This document shows, piece by piece, positions 36,951 through 49,245 of a stretch of DNA of 64,000 nt (the stretch's first letter is position 1; each line of letters begins with the position of its first letter). Position numbers and translations under genes: made by a program. The stretch lies in assembly GCA_040954595.2 (NCBI GenBank), contig CM082595.2, forward strand, positions 8,538,317 to 8,602,316, given 5' to 3'. The notes below the pieces were generated by a model. That model saw only the letters and a program-made list of their open reading frames with translations, was not told where the DNA came from and did not search any database. Origin of the DNA: Balanoglossus misakiensis (lineage: Eukaryota > Animalia > Hemichordata).

Positions 36951-37656
36951 GTTTGGTCTGTTCATAGTACTGTACAAGTGTCATATTTCTCACATGAGTT
37001 GGGGATTTTCTGTCCCAAACAAGCTGCAGGCGAATGTGGGACAAAATATCAATGACGGGTGTGAGAAATATGATCCTGGGTCCTTGGTGTATGAGATTGT
37101 ATTTCTCACACGGCTACAAATTAGCCAAATTCGTTAAATAAATGACTCTTGAACTGTCATCTGGCACATTGTAGATTCTGTATCGCGTCATTGGATAACA
37201 TTTAGCACATGTTGTTAAAGAACTCTTTGTCATCCAATCAGCGCTCGCATCATATACAGCTTTCGATTCAGTGAGAATGTGGGATTGATTTGTTCTCACA
37301 CTCTGATCCAACACTCTCAGCATGCCAGGAGTGTGACAATCTATTACAAGTTTGAAATCTTAGGTGAAGAGTTTATCAATCTCACTGCCAACCCTGTAGG
37401 GCATTCTGGGATATGTGTTCATGCCAAAGCACAAACAGCCATGACCTGACAGCTCAGTTTGTAGATCATTTCTACAAATCCACAAAGAGACTCAAAGTTT
37501 AGAAATGTTGTGTCGGTTAGAAATATTAGACGTATCACTGTTAATACTTTATTTCAAAGCCATGTGAATTTGTTCACATTAGGGAAATTTTTAAAGGAAG
37601 GGAGGATTGGTATTGACTTGAATAATTACAATGGATGTTTTGTTCTCCATTTTCAG

Positions 37657-37779
37657 ATGTGAATAATGAGTGTTCAGATTCTGTTTGTGCTGGAGGGTGT
37701 CTAAATGCAGAGGGTGGATTCAGCTGTAGTTGTGGTGATGATGGTTTCTCTCTGAGTGCAGATCATGTCAATTGTTTAG
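37657..37779 (+). pseudogene. cbEGF exon type C, copy 2
   Basis: Duplicate of 32880-33002. Confidence 0.8.
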
Positions 37780-38201
37780 GTAAGTTTTTTTTGAGTGGGG
37801 AGGGGATAGACCAACAATTGCTTTGGATTTCCTGCCTCAAAAGGGCGCTTACACATGTTGTATGTGACAAAGATTACAGCGAGTCACCATGTAAAAAAAA
37901 TAATAAATAAAAGTTATCAGGCAATTTCCAAAGTTACAAATTTAGAAAAAAATGAGTTTGTTGTCTCGTGTGTGATATTTTTGGCTAACAAAACACTAGC
38001 TTCTAATGTGGTTACTACATTGTTTGTTTATCAGTATACAGTACTGGTACAGATAAACATATGATATGACCAAGTTATATGCCAGATGATATTTATCAAG
38101 TTTCACACAATTTTGCTCTCTTGTCGTATATTTTTTTCAAAGCCAACTGTACATGTAATTCAGATGTATTCATTCAAACACAATTTATCATATTTGTGTT
38201 T

Positions 38202-38311
38202 TCAAGCTGGTTGGTCACCATGCCAACAAGCATGTTACAACACACCAACCAGTTACCAGTGTGGTTGCAGACCAGGATTTAAGTTGCACAGAAATCAACA
38301 AACATGTGTCG
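38202..38311 (+). pseudogene. cbEGF exon type D, copy 2 (acceptor and 5' part deleted)
   Basis: [36 protein letters not shown] followed by GT. Confidence 0.75.
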
Positions 38312-39770
38312 GTGAGTATCTACAATTGGGAGAAAGTAAGATGTAGGTATTTGTGCAATGTAAGTGTCCAATACATGTACATATGTGACACTGAAATTAC
38401 ACATTGTACACTCAATAATTGGTAAATGTCTATTATTCATGACACAAATCAACATACAGTCAAACCTCTGTGACTGGCCACCTCTATTAAACAGCCACCT
38501 CTATATAGTGCCCACTTTATTCTAGTCCCTGTGTAATTTATATCTACATTAATTGACTTTTCTACCAGGTATAATGGCCACCTGTCTATAAAGGCCAGTT
38601 TAGGAAAGTCCCTTCACTAGCCATAATGGACAGGTTTGACTGCACTTGTGTTGATTTCTGTCTGTAATACGTGTAACACAATCATAAAATTTTTCATAAA
38701 GAGGGCACACTTCCAAAATAAGGTGTCATCTCCAAGCAGACAATGTGAAAAAGGAGGCCAGTTGGTTACTGTTGGAGTACTGCTCGAGCTCATCTACTTT
38801 GTTGTATACATGATACAAGTTGCGTGTAAAACTGACCTTACAATAAATTGTGGCTGCCGAAAGTCTGTCCCAACTATAGTGTTGATACACAAGACAAAGT
38901 TTTTACTCTTTGACCAACTGGCCTCATGGTTGCGTCTTGGAAGGGCACCCTCTTTATGAAAAAGGCATATGATATCACTACAAGGAATAAATTAACATGA
39001 TAGAACATTGCTGATTAATGTCATAGATCATGATAACATGAATGCATAGCAATGTTTTGTTACAATTTGGTACATAAAGAAATGGACTACTGTGACAGTA
39101 TTGACTCTGGGCACTACGTAGATGATTCCCAGCCTCAAAATTCTGACTTGCTTCACCGTTGGAAGAAGTCAGTTTTCAGGTTAACATGTATATTTGTACA
39201 GAGTGTGGCATTAGTGAGTGGTTGCATCACATCAATGCATGACAAAAGGTCATCACTGTGTAAGACTCAGAAATAGAATTTGAATACAAATCCTATTAAA
39301 CAAAATATTCTAAAATTTACATGTTATTTTTAACACCTGTTTACTCCTATAAAAGTGAGTGCATGTGTTTTCGAGTTCTCTTCAATCCAGAAGCCACTGT
39401 ATAGGCCTTAGTTGGTGCATGTAGCTCCTAGACTTAGAAATAAAGACGCCTCAAGTCCAGTTGACCATCTCACACTTCTGGCACTGGTGGGATTCAAACC
39501 AACGCCATCGAAATGACTGCAGGTGTCTAAAACCCCTTGACTGTAGGACACAAATGCCTGACAGTGATATAACTATGTTATAATGTTACGTCGACACTAC
39601 ATAAGTTTGGGGATATGTTGTCTCAAATGATGAAATTGAGAAAAATTATCCCCATCTTGTTATAATCTGAGCCCAGTTGTCTTTGGTGTGAGATTCCAGT
39701 AGTCAAGAGTAGGCTTACCTTGAATAATGTAATGCTTGTAAATAATTTCTAATTTCCTCTTACCCTCCAG

Positions 39771-39893
39771 ATATGAATGAATGTCACAGTGGTGGAAATG
39801 CGTGTCAACACTATTGTCAGAATACCCATGGTAGTTATCTCTGCGCTTGCAGACAAGGCTTCAATGTGCTGGAGGATGGCCATGCATGTGCAG
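39771..39893 (+). pseudogene. cbEGF exon type A, copy 3
   Basis: DMNECHSGGNACQHYCQNTHGSYLCACRQGFNVLEDGHACA; open, 123 bp. Confidence 0.8.
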
Positions 39894-40973
39894 GTATGTA
39901 ACTGTGGATATTGATCTCTTCTGTGGCTACACTGTTTGGGGATTGTATATTGCTATGGTTACAATAAAACATGCATCCTGTCTGTCCATTGCACACATTT
40001 TAAAATTTGAAATCAACCGCACACTCGTACTGAACACATGTTTGTTGAAATTGTATCTCAGAATTTTTCCATTTATAATTATGCATAATATAAACAAATT
40101 AACAAATGTGAAATTTTATCTTTGAAAATTTGTTTGCAAGGGTGAAAAAGTAATCTGTTTTTTTAAAAATCAGACAAAGTTTTGCTGACAGGGTACACAA
40201 GTTTCAGGGGATTTTGTCAAAATGAGAATGATAGAGAGTGTTAAAATTCCTAGAAAGGGATTGCCATGGATATTGAGGACTTTGGTGTAAAAACAATCAA
40301 CTGATCAATTAATATGTGGTTACGAATATGTGTCATCAACCTCACCTTCTATCCACAATGCTGGATCTATAGACAGTTTTAAAAGGGGTTTAAAAACTCG
40401 TCTTTTTATTCTGCACAATTTCATTCCATTGCTTTTTTTGGTTTAAAGGGAATGTCTTTCAGAACTGTTTTGGTTTCTTTGGGGTTTTTAAGTGTAATTT
40501 TTTTATCCTTTAAAGAGCATATCTTAGCTCGAAACACACTTTGAGGATAAATAATAATTGGGCGTGTGTGTTAAATGCTGGTGTCCTTTTACTTATTTCA
40601 TATGGATAAATAAATGTTAAATTTAAAAATGTTCAGGGCCTGAGAAAAAACTTCTGTTTGGGCCACGCCCATTTCTGTGACGTCACAAGAGGAACCCATT
40701 TACGTTTGCAAGACTGTACATTGCAGTGGTTGAATTGCAATCATACATGTCTGTGATCTAAACAGCTTTGCTGGGTCAGCCTCTGGATCCCCCGTTCCAT
40801 TCAAAATAAATGTACATATATACCTTTTCATCTAGGGGAGATGCGATTATGAAAAAAATAACACTACTCGGCCCGGTTAGGCTACGGCTACGCATTGCAA
40901 GCAGTACACAACATGCAATGGCAGCGGATTTGTATAGGCACCTTACACATACAATGATTGCTGCCTCGATTAA

Positions 40974-41768
40974 GATGGGTCCCCCGTATCTTTTTGCTCG
41001 TTTCTATGGGCCTTTAACGGACACTACACTCAATTTTGATCGAAACCGTTATGAACGTCCGACAAGGGGCTTGTAACTAGTTAAAAATACACACGATCGT
41101 GTGCACACCCCCTGTCCGAGTATGTTTACGGCAGCTACCGCCCGGCCATAGGCCGCCACGCTAATACGGCAAAGCAGCGGTCAGCGATGGCGTGCGCGTC
41201 ATGTAACCACAGTAACTGGATCGAACGCTAAAAATCCAATGTTTTGTACACAGAGATTTTGTACTGTTCACGAAAATCCCTAAGGCTTTTTTCATAGGCC
41301 ACGTACGCCAGTCAAATTTGACCTGCTTGTTGAGAACGCACTTCCACACAGTGTGACGGATCGTTTTTTCTGTTTTCGTCGTGCTAAGAAGCGATACCGG
41401 TGGAAGAGTGCGTCCAAAAACACCTAAAATCGATGACTTTTTCCGCTGTGGTACTGGTATGCTGAAATCGTAGGATACAACGATAATATTCAAAAACAAA
41501 ATCCGTCACGATCTTCCCTGGTTCAAGCAACTAATGAATACGTATCAAGTTCGTTTTTGAGGTCACGGAATAAAAAGCCTTAGGCTTTTGAAATTTGACC
41601 TAGCTAATTTGCATATCAATGGCGTCAGGGGGCGCGCGCTCACAATCGTGCAGATTTTCAACTAGTTACCAGCCCCTTGTTAGACTCTGAAAACGGCTTA
41701 GTCCAAATCGGGGTGTAATGTCCTGCAAAGGCCCATAGCAACGGGCAAAAAGATCAGGGGGACCCATC
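40974..41768. mobile_element. Nested Kolobok-like MITE with possible THAP remnant
   Basis: ttaa|gatgggtccccc ... gggggacccatc|ttaa; ~115-bp imperfect TIRs; internal minus-strand W...LCTKHW fragment. Confidence 0.7.
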
Positions 41769-42884
41769 TTAAACCGTGGAATATTGCCCAGAGGTTTAGG
41801 ACTAGAGTGTTGGGTCTCAATCTACTTATCTTGGACAATGTCAACTTATTGACAACTGATATATCGTGGTCTTTTGGCGATTTTCGATCACTGCCTCAAC
41901 AGACAAAATACGCGCGTGTTATTACAAGGGAACTCCATCAGCGCCGATGCGTGTACACGCAGTCAGCAGCGATGACACATATCGCGCCGCGATGTATATG
42001 TACCATGCCAGCACTAAAATTCTGTCTTCTGAATTACATGTAAGCTATATGCCTTTTTGGTGATGACAAACAGAAACATTTATGACTTGTCGCTGTAATC
42101 ATGAAAGTTCCTTCACATGCTTCATACTGCATTATAACAAAATGAAACCATACAACCAACAGCAACAGGCGATCATGCCGGGCCGACCCACTCACGCTCA
42201 CAAAGCATGAAACATTTTCATTGATACACACGAATATCCAAGTTTGGAAACGGTTTTCACTCACACGAGGCAAAATTTATTCAACACATTTTGTTTCAAA
42301 ATTTGTACAGTGTGTTTTGGAGCCGATGAGTCGGACATAGTGCGTTCAAGTTTTCACATTGATTGCTGTCAACCTTAATTATCGAAGTTTGCGGTCCCTG
42401 GGTACCGGGTAGCCAGACGAAAGAGTGAATAATTATAAGCAATCTCGACATGATGTCGGCCAGCGCAAAATTGTGTTTACGCATCCTGCCAGTTCACCTA
42501 CTACTGTGTAATCGCGGTCGCTGGAACACTGAATGAACACCAATATCGGGTATAAACGATCAGTTGTGCTCTGAATTGAATATTGATCACTGGTCGACCT
42601 CTCCTACTGACAGGCTTCTATTTTCCTGTAAGGGTGTGGATTGTCTTCTCGTGATTCAAACCTGGCCGATTATCATTCAACGGTCATGCATTGACAGTTA
42701 CGGCCGCCGCCGCCGGATGGCTTCATATCCACCGTACAATATCGATGATCGTGGCATAGACTTTCATTGGTTTTCGGGGAATTCACACGGGTGACTTCCG
42801 TCTAGGTAATGTGTTGCTGCAACCACGGCAACCACCTCTTTTTCCCATTGTGGTATTACACAGAAAAGCACGAAAACACCGTAT

Positions 42885-45800
42885 GTGGAAATTTCAGAAA
42901 ATGAGCATTTTAAAAGCATGTCGGGCATTTTTTGGTACAAGCTGGGAACAAGTTGTTTTTGGATATTTCGAATACGCTGATTTCGAATTTGCCTGTTCCC
43001 AAAAATTCTTTTCACGTTTTCATGTCGATAATGGCAAATTAATTTGTGACGTCATAATTTCAAAATACCTAAAAGAAAACGCTGTTTGTAGCCATTATGG
43101 TGCAATATCACAGGTCAACACCATAATAGTCTATTGAAATCGTATTCTTATATTCATTTAAATACTTTTAAACAATTTGTTTAATTTAGAAACATTTGGT
43201 GAATTGGTAAAAATGCTAATTTATGTTAATTAGGTGACACACCCATCTAAAATCAATGGGTCTACAAAAGAGAGCCAACGGTGTTAAGTGAGGTGTCTAT
43301 TCCAATGTTTTCAGGGTCAAGGAATTCAAATATGCAATCGGTTACCTTGTCAGACAAGGTGCAGCATGGAAAATATGCAAAATTAGCTTAATTAGTCATG
43401 ATGTCATGCTAAAATTGACAACTGAAAGCTAAAGATACGACTATGGCCTGTGAGGTGTCTATTCATATGTTTTTTGACAAATGTTTGCATTTTAATGAAT
43501 AACTGAAATGAAACTTTCCATATTAGTATGTAATAGCATGTAAAAAACAACAAAAACAAACAAACTAACAAACAAACAAACAAATAAACATACACAACAA
43601 GGATTTAGTTTAGACTGTACATGCTCGCTGGTAACATCGTGACCAACCGCTCCGTTAAAAAACACCAGAACAAAGAACGTATGAACGTTTAGGTCCACAA
43701 TTCACAAGTTATTGAACTATGAATGTATGTTCAATGCTGTGAAAAGCCAAAAACATACTTTTTGCCAAAAAAAATGACATTTGTTAACGTACAAGTTGTT
43801 CATTAATAGCGAAAGCACCGTATGGCCACACTCACATTATGCCAGCACCGTATATTCATGCTTAGTTATAAGACGTTGAATGCACACTGATGGCCCGACG
43901 TCCTCATTGTTTTTTTGAAACCCGGTCTCTAACAACAATTTCTCTTCATAAGTAAAGAGTAATGTGTATTTTTATTACGGTTTTATATATGATACTGTGT
44001 GCAAAGTGAAGATTGTGTGTCAGTGAGGCAACATATATACATGTATATTTAATCCACTTGGGTGTCGTACTTGGCTCAGATGTGTGTTAATGTGTACTAA
44101 ACAAATTCAGAGAGCGAGCCGCCAATACAGATAATCTCACCCACAAAATACCAATTATAAAAAAACAAAATAAATTCATATTACAATATTTGAAACAAGA
44201 AACTGCTCAAAGAGTAATTTTCAAAATATTTATCATCACTAAACTAGTTATAGGGGTAAATACAGGATCGAGATTCAGTCGCTAAAGAAATTCAAGTTTG
44301 GTAATAACACCGGTTACAACAAACTTAGTTAAAACATTGTATAGCCATAGATATATTATAATAGTGGCCTGGCATAAACAAAATTTTCATAACATTTGGG
44401 CATTTTGTGATAAAAGTTTAACAAGTAAAGCTCAGTTGATTCGTTCTTTTCCCCATAAAAATATCTTTGATGAACAAAATTCCAAATTTAGTCAACCCAG
44501 GAAAAACGGCATCTTGTTTCTCAACCTTATAAATTGATCTGACCAGTTTGAATCAGTGCAGAATCTAGCCTTTCTATTTTATCTTCATCAAATGATTCAT
44601 GCAAATAAAGAATCACTTCCCCATAAAATGGTGGCAGAAATCCAGTATCATGACAGTCGATTGGTTTGTTAAAGTTACTATAGAAACTAACTATGTCTAG
44701 GTTGCATGTACATAGATAGATGTTAGGAATCCAAATCAAAATCTGTTTCAAACTTTTCATCCAATACTTGTCCTTCGGAAAGCGTTTTGATGAAGTCGCT
44801 TGAAGTGCTTTGTATTGCTCAAGTTATCGAAAATTTTAATCGCACCTTGATGATAGTCAGCAGTTCTATTTTGACATGTTATTTTGTGTATTTTTGAACC
44901 CCCAAAATCAAAGAATAAAATGATAAAGTGAAAATAAGCTTCAAAACACCAAAAGTCTTCAGGATCACAGCTTTTCTGTAAAGAGTAAGATTTTGCTTAC
45001 TTCATGCTATTAAATGAAATGAAGTTTTCCGTAATATCTCTTGCAAAGTCAGATTACACATTGAGATATTAGAATGGAAGTACATTCCAAGTGACTTGTT
45101 GGGAGCATTGGGCCACCTAATCCCAGAAAATTGCAATAAGACCTGTTTTTCCATTTACCAATCTAAAGGCCAACTGCTTGTATATTTAGTTGGGTTTCTA
45201 TAATTAACACACATTTTTGACAATATTGATGGCATGATGGACACTATTCTCGACAAATAAAATAATGTTGTGTCCTCCGCTGTAATTTTTATGAGTTTGG
45301 AATCATAGACACCATTTCTTTTTTGGTCAACTCTGTTAACAGTCGACAAAATTGCTGGAGTGGAACTGATACATGATCTAAAGTATCAAGACATATGGTC
45401 GATTATTAGCGTTTCAGCAATTCGACTTAAGTTTCTTAAATTTCCTATGGCATTTTGACAAACATCAACGCCCCGAAAAAACGTTGTCAACGCTGCGGTC
45501 GCGATTGTGGTCGAAACAAAGCCGACATTTTCGCATGGTTCGTTACCTGGGGTCCATTTAGATTGCATTGCGTTTGAGGCCCTATGTGTACGTATGTCTG
45601 TCGACCAATACACGTGACGACCGCGGACTCAGTTTGGATCAACGTCTATTTCGGGCAGTAGACTCTCCTATCAAGTTGATAAGGAAATTTTACCAGTCAC
45701 GAGTAAGCCAAGCCCACATCCGTGTGCAAATCTGATATATCGGTGATCTGTTTATATGATTATCATTAGCTAAGGTGGTAAACTGTTGTGATTCATATGT

Positions 45801-46782
45801 GTAATTTACGTACTGCAAGTTAAATATCGCAATTAGCCTAATGTTTGACCATAGACAGTATGCTTTGATTTCTAGAAGAGCACCTATTAATCCGAGAACA
45901 AAGGGATTAAAAGTTACGCCGTTAAATTGTGTTTTAATAACTTACTTACCCTATAAGTAGTTTAGTAACCATAATATCTTTGAAAATCATTCTTTCCACA
46001 GTTCCTTGTATCAAATATAGAAATCTAAATTTATTTTGATGTTCACAGATGTTATTTGGTGGGTGAAATTATCTGTATTGGTGGCCATTTTGAAAAATTG
46101 GTTGCCATGGAAACTCATCAACAGATATTTAGTGGCTCGCTATCTGAATTTGTTTAGTACACATTAACACACATCTGAGCCAAGTTTGGTGCTTTTATCA
46201 CAAAATGCACAATCGCTATGAAAATTAGGGTTTGGCCGCTCCACTACAGGGCTTTAGACGGCCATATTGAATTGCCACATCGAGGCTCTTATCTCAAAAT
46301 GAACTTCACACTTGAAGTATTGTTTTGAACAAGGTTTAAGTCCTTTATTAAAATAAAGATAAGGTAATTTTTTCCAATGGTTGTGAGTTTTCAGTACATG
46401 TACTGTTACACCTAGCTTTATTATTATTTGGTAGCCAAAAATCAACGAATTATTCATACAATATGCAAATTTGTGCATAATTATTGTTTTATTATTGCTA
46501 TTTTGTGTTTATACAACCAAACAAGTTGTTGATGTAAACATGTAGTTTATTTTCATTGTTTAAGGAGGTACGTGAACATTTCTTTGATGCTATTCATGTG
46601 AGAATTGCGATCCTTGGCGGCCATATTTGATTTGCCAAAACGAGGCTCTTATCTCAAAAAGATCTTTTGGGAACAGGCATTTTCGAAATCAGCGTAGTCG
46701 AATTGACCAAAAAACATATTTGGTTTGCTTGTACCAAAAAATGCCAGAGGGGGTCACAATTTCTCAAATCTCCACCTGACTA
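42885..46782. mobile_element. Nested long-TIR DNA element (Academ-like right end)
   Basis: 42915-43005 is inverted with 46665-46745; right end tctccacctgacta; left end degraded. Confidence 0.45.
44200..45380 (-). mobile_element. Degenerate L1/Tx1-like LINE ORF2 fragment
   Basis: Minus-strand fragments such as GLWIG...FLGIRW, KSLGMYF and NLTLYRKAVILKTFG, with many stops. Confidence 0.5.
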
Positions 46783-47127
46783 TGAAGGGTTCCTCTTGTG
46801 ACGTCACGTCACATGACCAAAATGCAGCAAATCTGAACTCAGATTTTCAGGACAGGGTGGATTTTGAAGTATTTTATGAGAACAAAACAAATATTATAGA
46901 AATCGATACCCGGAAAATATTGTCACTTTTGGTAAATATTAGATTTCTTTCAATCATTTTTTAACCTTCTGATAAGATTTAAAAAGGCAAGATATGCTCT
47001 TTAAGCTTTCACTTGTTTTCTAATTTTATTATTTTCAGTAGAAAATGCACTAAGATGTATGTGTATTACGTTTGTCAGGATATAAATAATAATAAAATTA
47101 AAAATAATAAACTATCTTTGATTTCAG

Positions 47128-47235
47128 ATGTCAATAAGAGAGCAGATCTTTGTGAAGGCCAGTGTGTGAATACAGCAGGCTCTTTTTATTGCACTTGTTC
47201 TGTGGGATATTGATTGGTCAATGGAGAGTGTACAG
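47128..47235 (+). pseudogene. cbEGF exon type B, copy 3 (9-bp deletion, stop)
   Basis: DVNKRADLCEGQCVNTAGSFYCTCSVGY*LVNGECT. Confidence 0.8.
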
Positions 47236-48089
47236 GTAAGACCAGCACAATATGTGGACAACGAAAGGTCCAGTATCTGTAACTTTTGAATTTTTATTCA
47301 GTATTTTTCTGGTTATCAACCATCATTTCTTGTTCAGCTCGATGAAGCAGGGTAAGCAATGTTGTTATGTTTAAACATTGTATTCAAGCCTGGGTCTGGA
47401 CTTGGATGCAATTTGTCAATAATAACAGTGATTGGTAACTGCATGTTTACATAACTGGCTAACTGTTAAAGAGACCAGCTGTTCTATTTGGTGTGTGTAC
47501 AGTACACATGCCATTGGCAGCTTATGGGTCAGCCAATGTTTGCCTGTTGATCTCTTGATGTGTGTGTGTGTGTGTGTCTGTCTGTATATGTACTCTGGTG
47601 TAGACTTTTTTTATTGTATTATCCGTGAATGGGACCACCGTGTACTTAACGCAATTTCTTACACTCATCAGGGATATTTTGGCTTGTCTAACACGAGCTA
47701 AAAATATCCCCAACTCGTCTGAGAAATCTTTTACCAGGTCCTAAGGTTGTGAGACTAATAGAATCTCACACTCCCAAGGACTTGGGATCATATTTCTCAC
47801 ATGTGTTGAGGATTTTCTGTCCCAAACAAGCTGCAGGCGAGTGTGGGACAAAATATCCCTGACGAGTGTGAGAAATATGATCCCAGGTCATTGGTGTGTG
47901 AGATTATATTTCTCACACGGCCACAAATTAGCCAAATTCGTTTAAAAACATTAAATAAATGACTCTTGAACTGTCATCTGGCACGTTGTAGTATCTGTAT
48001 CATAGGATAACATTTAGCTTTGTCATCCAATCTGAATCAGCGCTCGTGTCATATACAGCTTTCGATTCAGTGAGAATGTGTGATTGATT

Positions 48090-49245
48090 TGTTGTTCATT
48101 GTTCAGGTGCACAACAGTGCACGTTAATTGATTGTCAAGGCCTCCAGCCCATAGGTAAGAGGGCATAAAGGTAATCAGAAAATTGTACGAAAATGAAATA
48201 AATAATACATGTACTCAAATAATATAAATGACAACATCAAGCAGCACTTGTGTGGAAGTACGTACTCGGGATACAAAGTGAGGAACTTACCAGATTAAGT
48301 TTTTTAACACATTTTCTCTAAGTTTAAAGGCATTGTAAACATAAATACTTGAGGATTCTGATGCGCTCATGATATTAACAAACATTTGAATGTGGGGAAT
48401 TTTAGTGTAACCAATATATTGTTTTCTAAGACTGTCATATAAGGGGCAAACAAGTAAAAAGTGATACTCGTCTTCTATTTGTTCACCAGAGCATAGCCTA
48501 CAGTGTCTCTCTGAAACGTCCACGTTCTGATCTCTTCCCTCCTCTATTGCAAGAGGAAGGGCAGAACAGCGAAAACATGCAAAAATGTCTTTGACATTAC
48601 GTGTACAGTTGACATTAACTACTTTTCAGGCTGTAACAATTATTTAAAATGTGTGTATGTACGGAGTTTGGTTTTGGACGGACAGTGTGATTTCCATTGT
48701 TGCTTCAAAATATCTGAAATTCTTGTCTCAAATGCTGAAAGGAACAAACGCTTATCGTCTCTTTCCTGAGAAATCCAGGCGAAAATAAAATGTGTTTCAC
48801 CGATGTTGCCCAAGTGTGACGGCCTAAACAGTCAAGATTACGTATGTAGCATTAAATATGCTTGCCTAGGGAGTCTTTCCTGTGGCATCTCTATAAGTTT
48901 CACCCAGTAACGAATACAACGTTTCATTGTGTGAACATACACTGGCAACCGCCCACATTCTCCAATTACAGCTTCATTGGTAGTGCTCCTTGGCACACCT
49001 AGAAAAATTCTGCACCATGTTCTTTGCACTTTTTCTATGATGTCATAAAACTCAAGTCTCCGATCCATAACAAAGAATGGGTAAGATCATGGCATCAAAC
49101 ACCTTGAAGTGACATTCAAATGGCATATACCCTAGTTTCCACCTGGCAACTGAGAGTAGAGACAACACCTTGCTGGCTTGATTAGCCAATGTTTGCACTG
49201 CTCTGGACCAGGTGTTGCGATTAAACAAAAGTGAACCTAGGAGTT
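48090..49245 (-). mobile_element. 5'-truncated, degenerate non-LTR retrotransposon (CR1/L2-group-like ORF2 C-terminus)
   Basis: FDAMILPILCYGSE, FLGVPRSTTNEAVIGECGRLP and CRLC..EDEYHFLLVCPLYDSLR. Confidence 0.85.

Larger units (their letters stand above)
40514..47000. mobile_element. Kolobok-like element (TTAA TSD) with nested insertions
   Basis: ttaa|agagcatatctt ... aagatatgctct|ttaa; subterminal IR gtgacgtcacaagaggaaccc; empty sites at ~20830 and ~25142. Confidence 0.85.
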
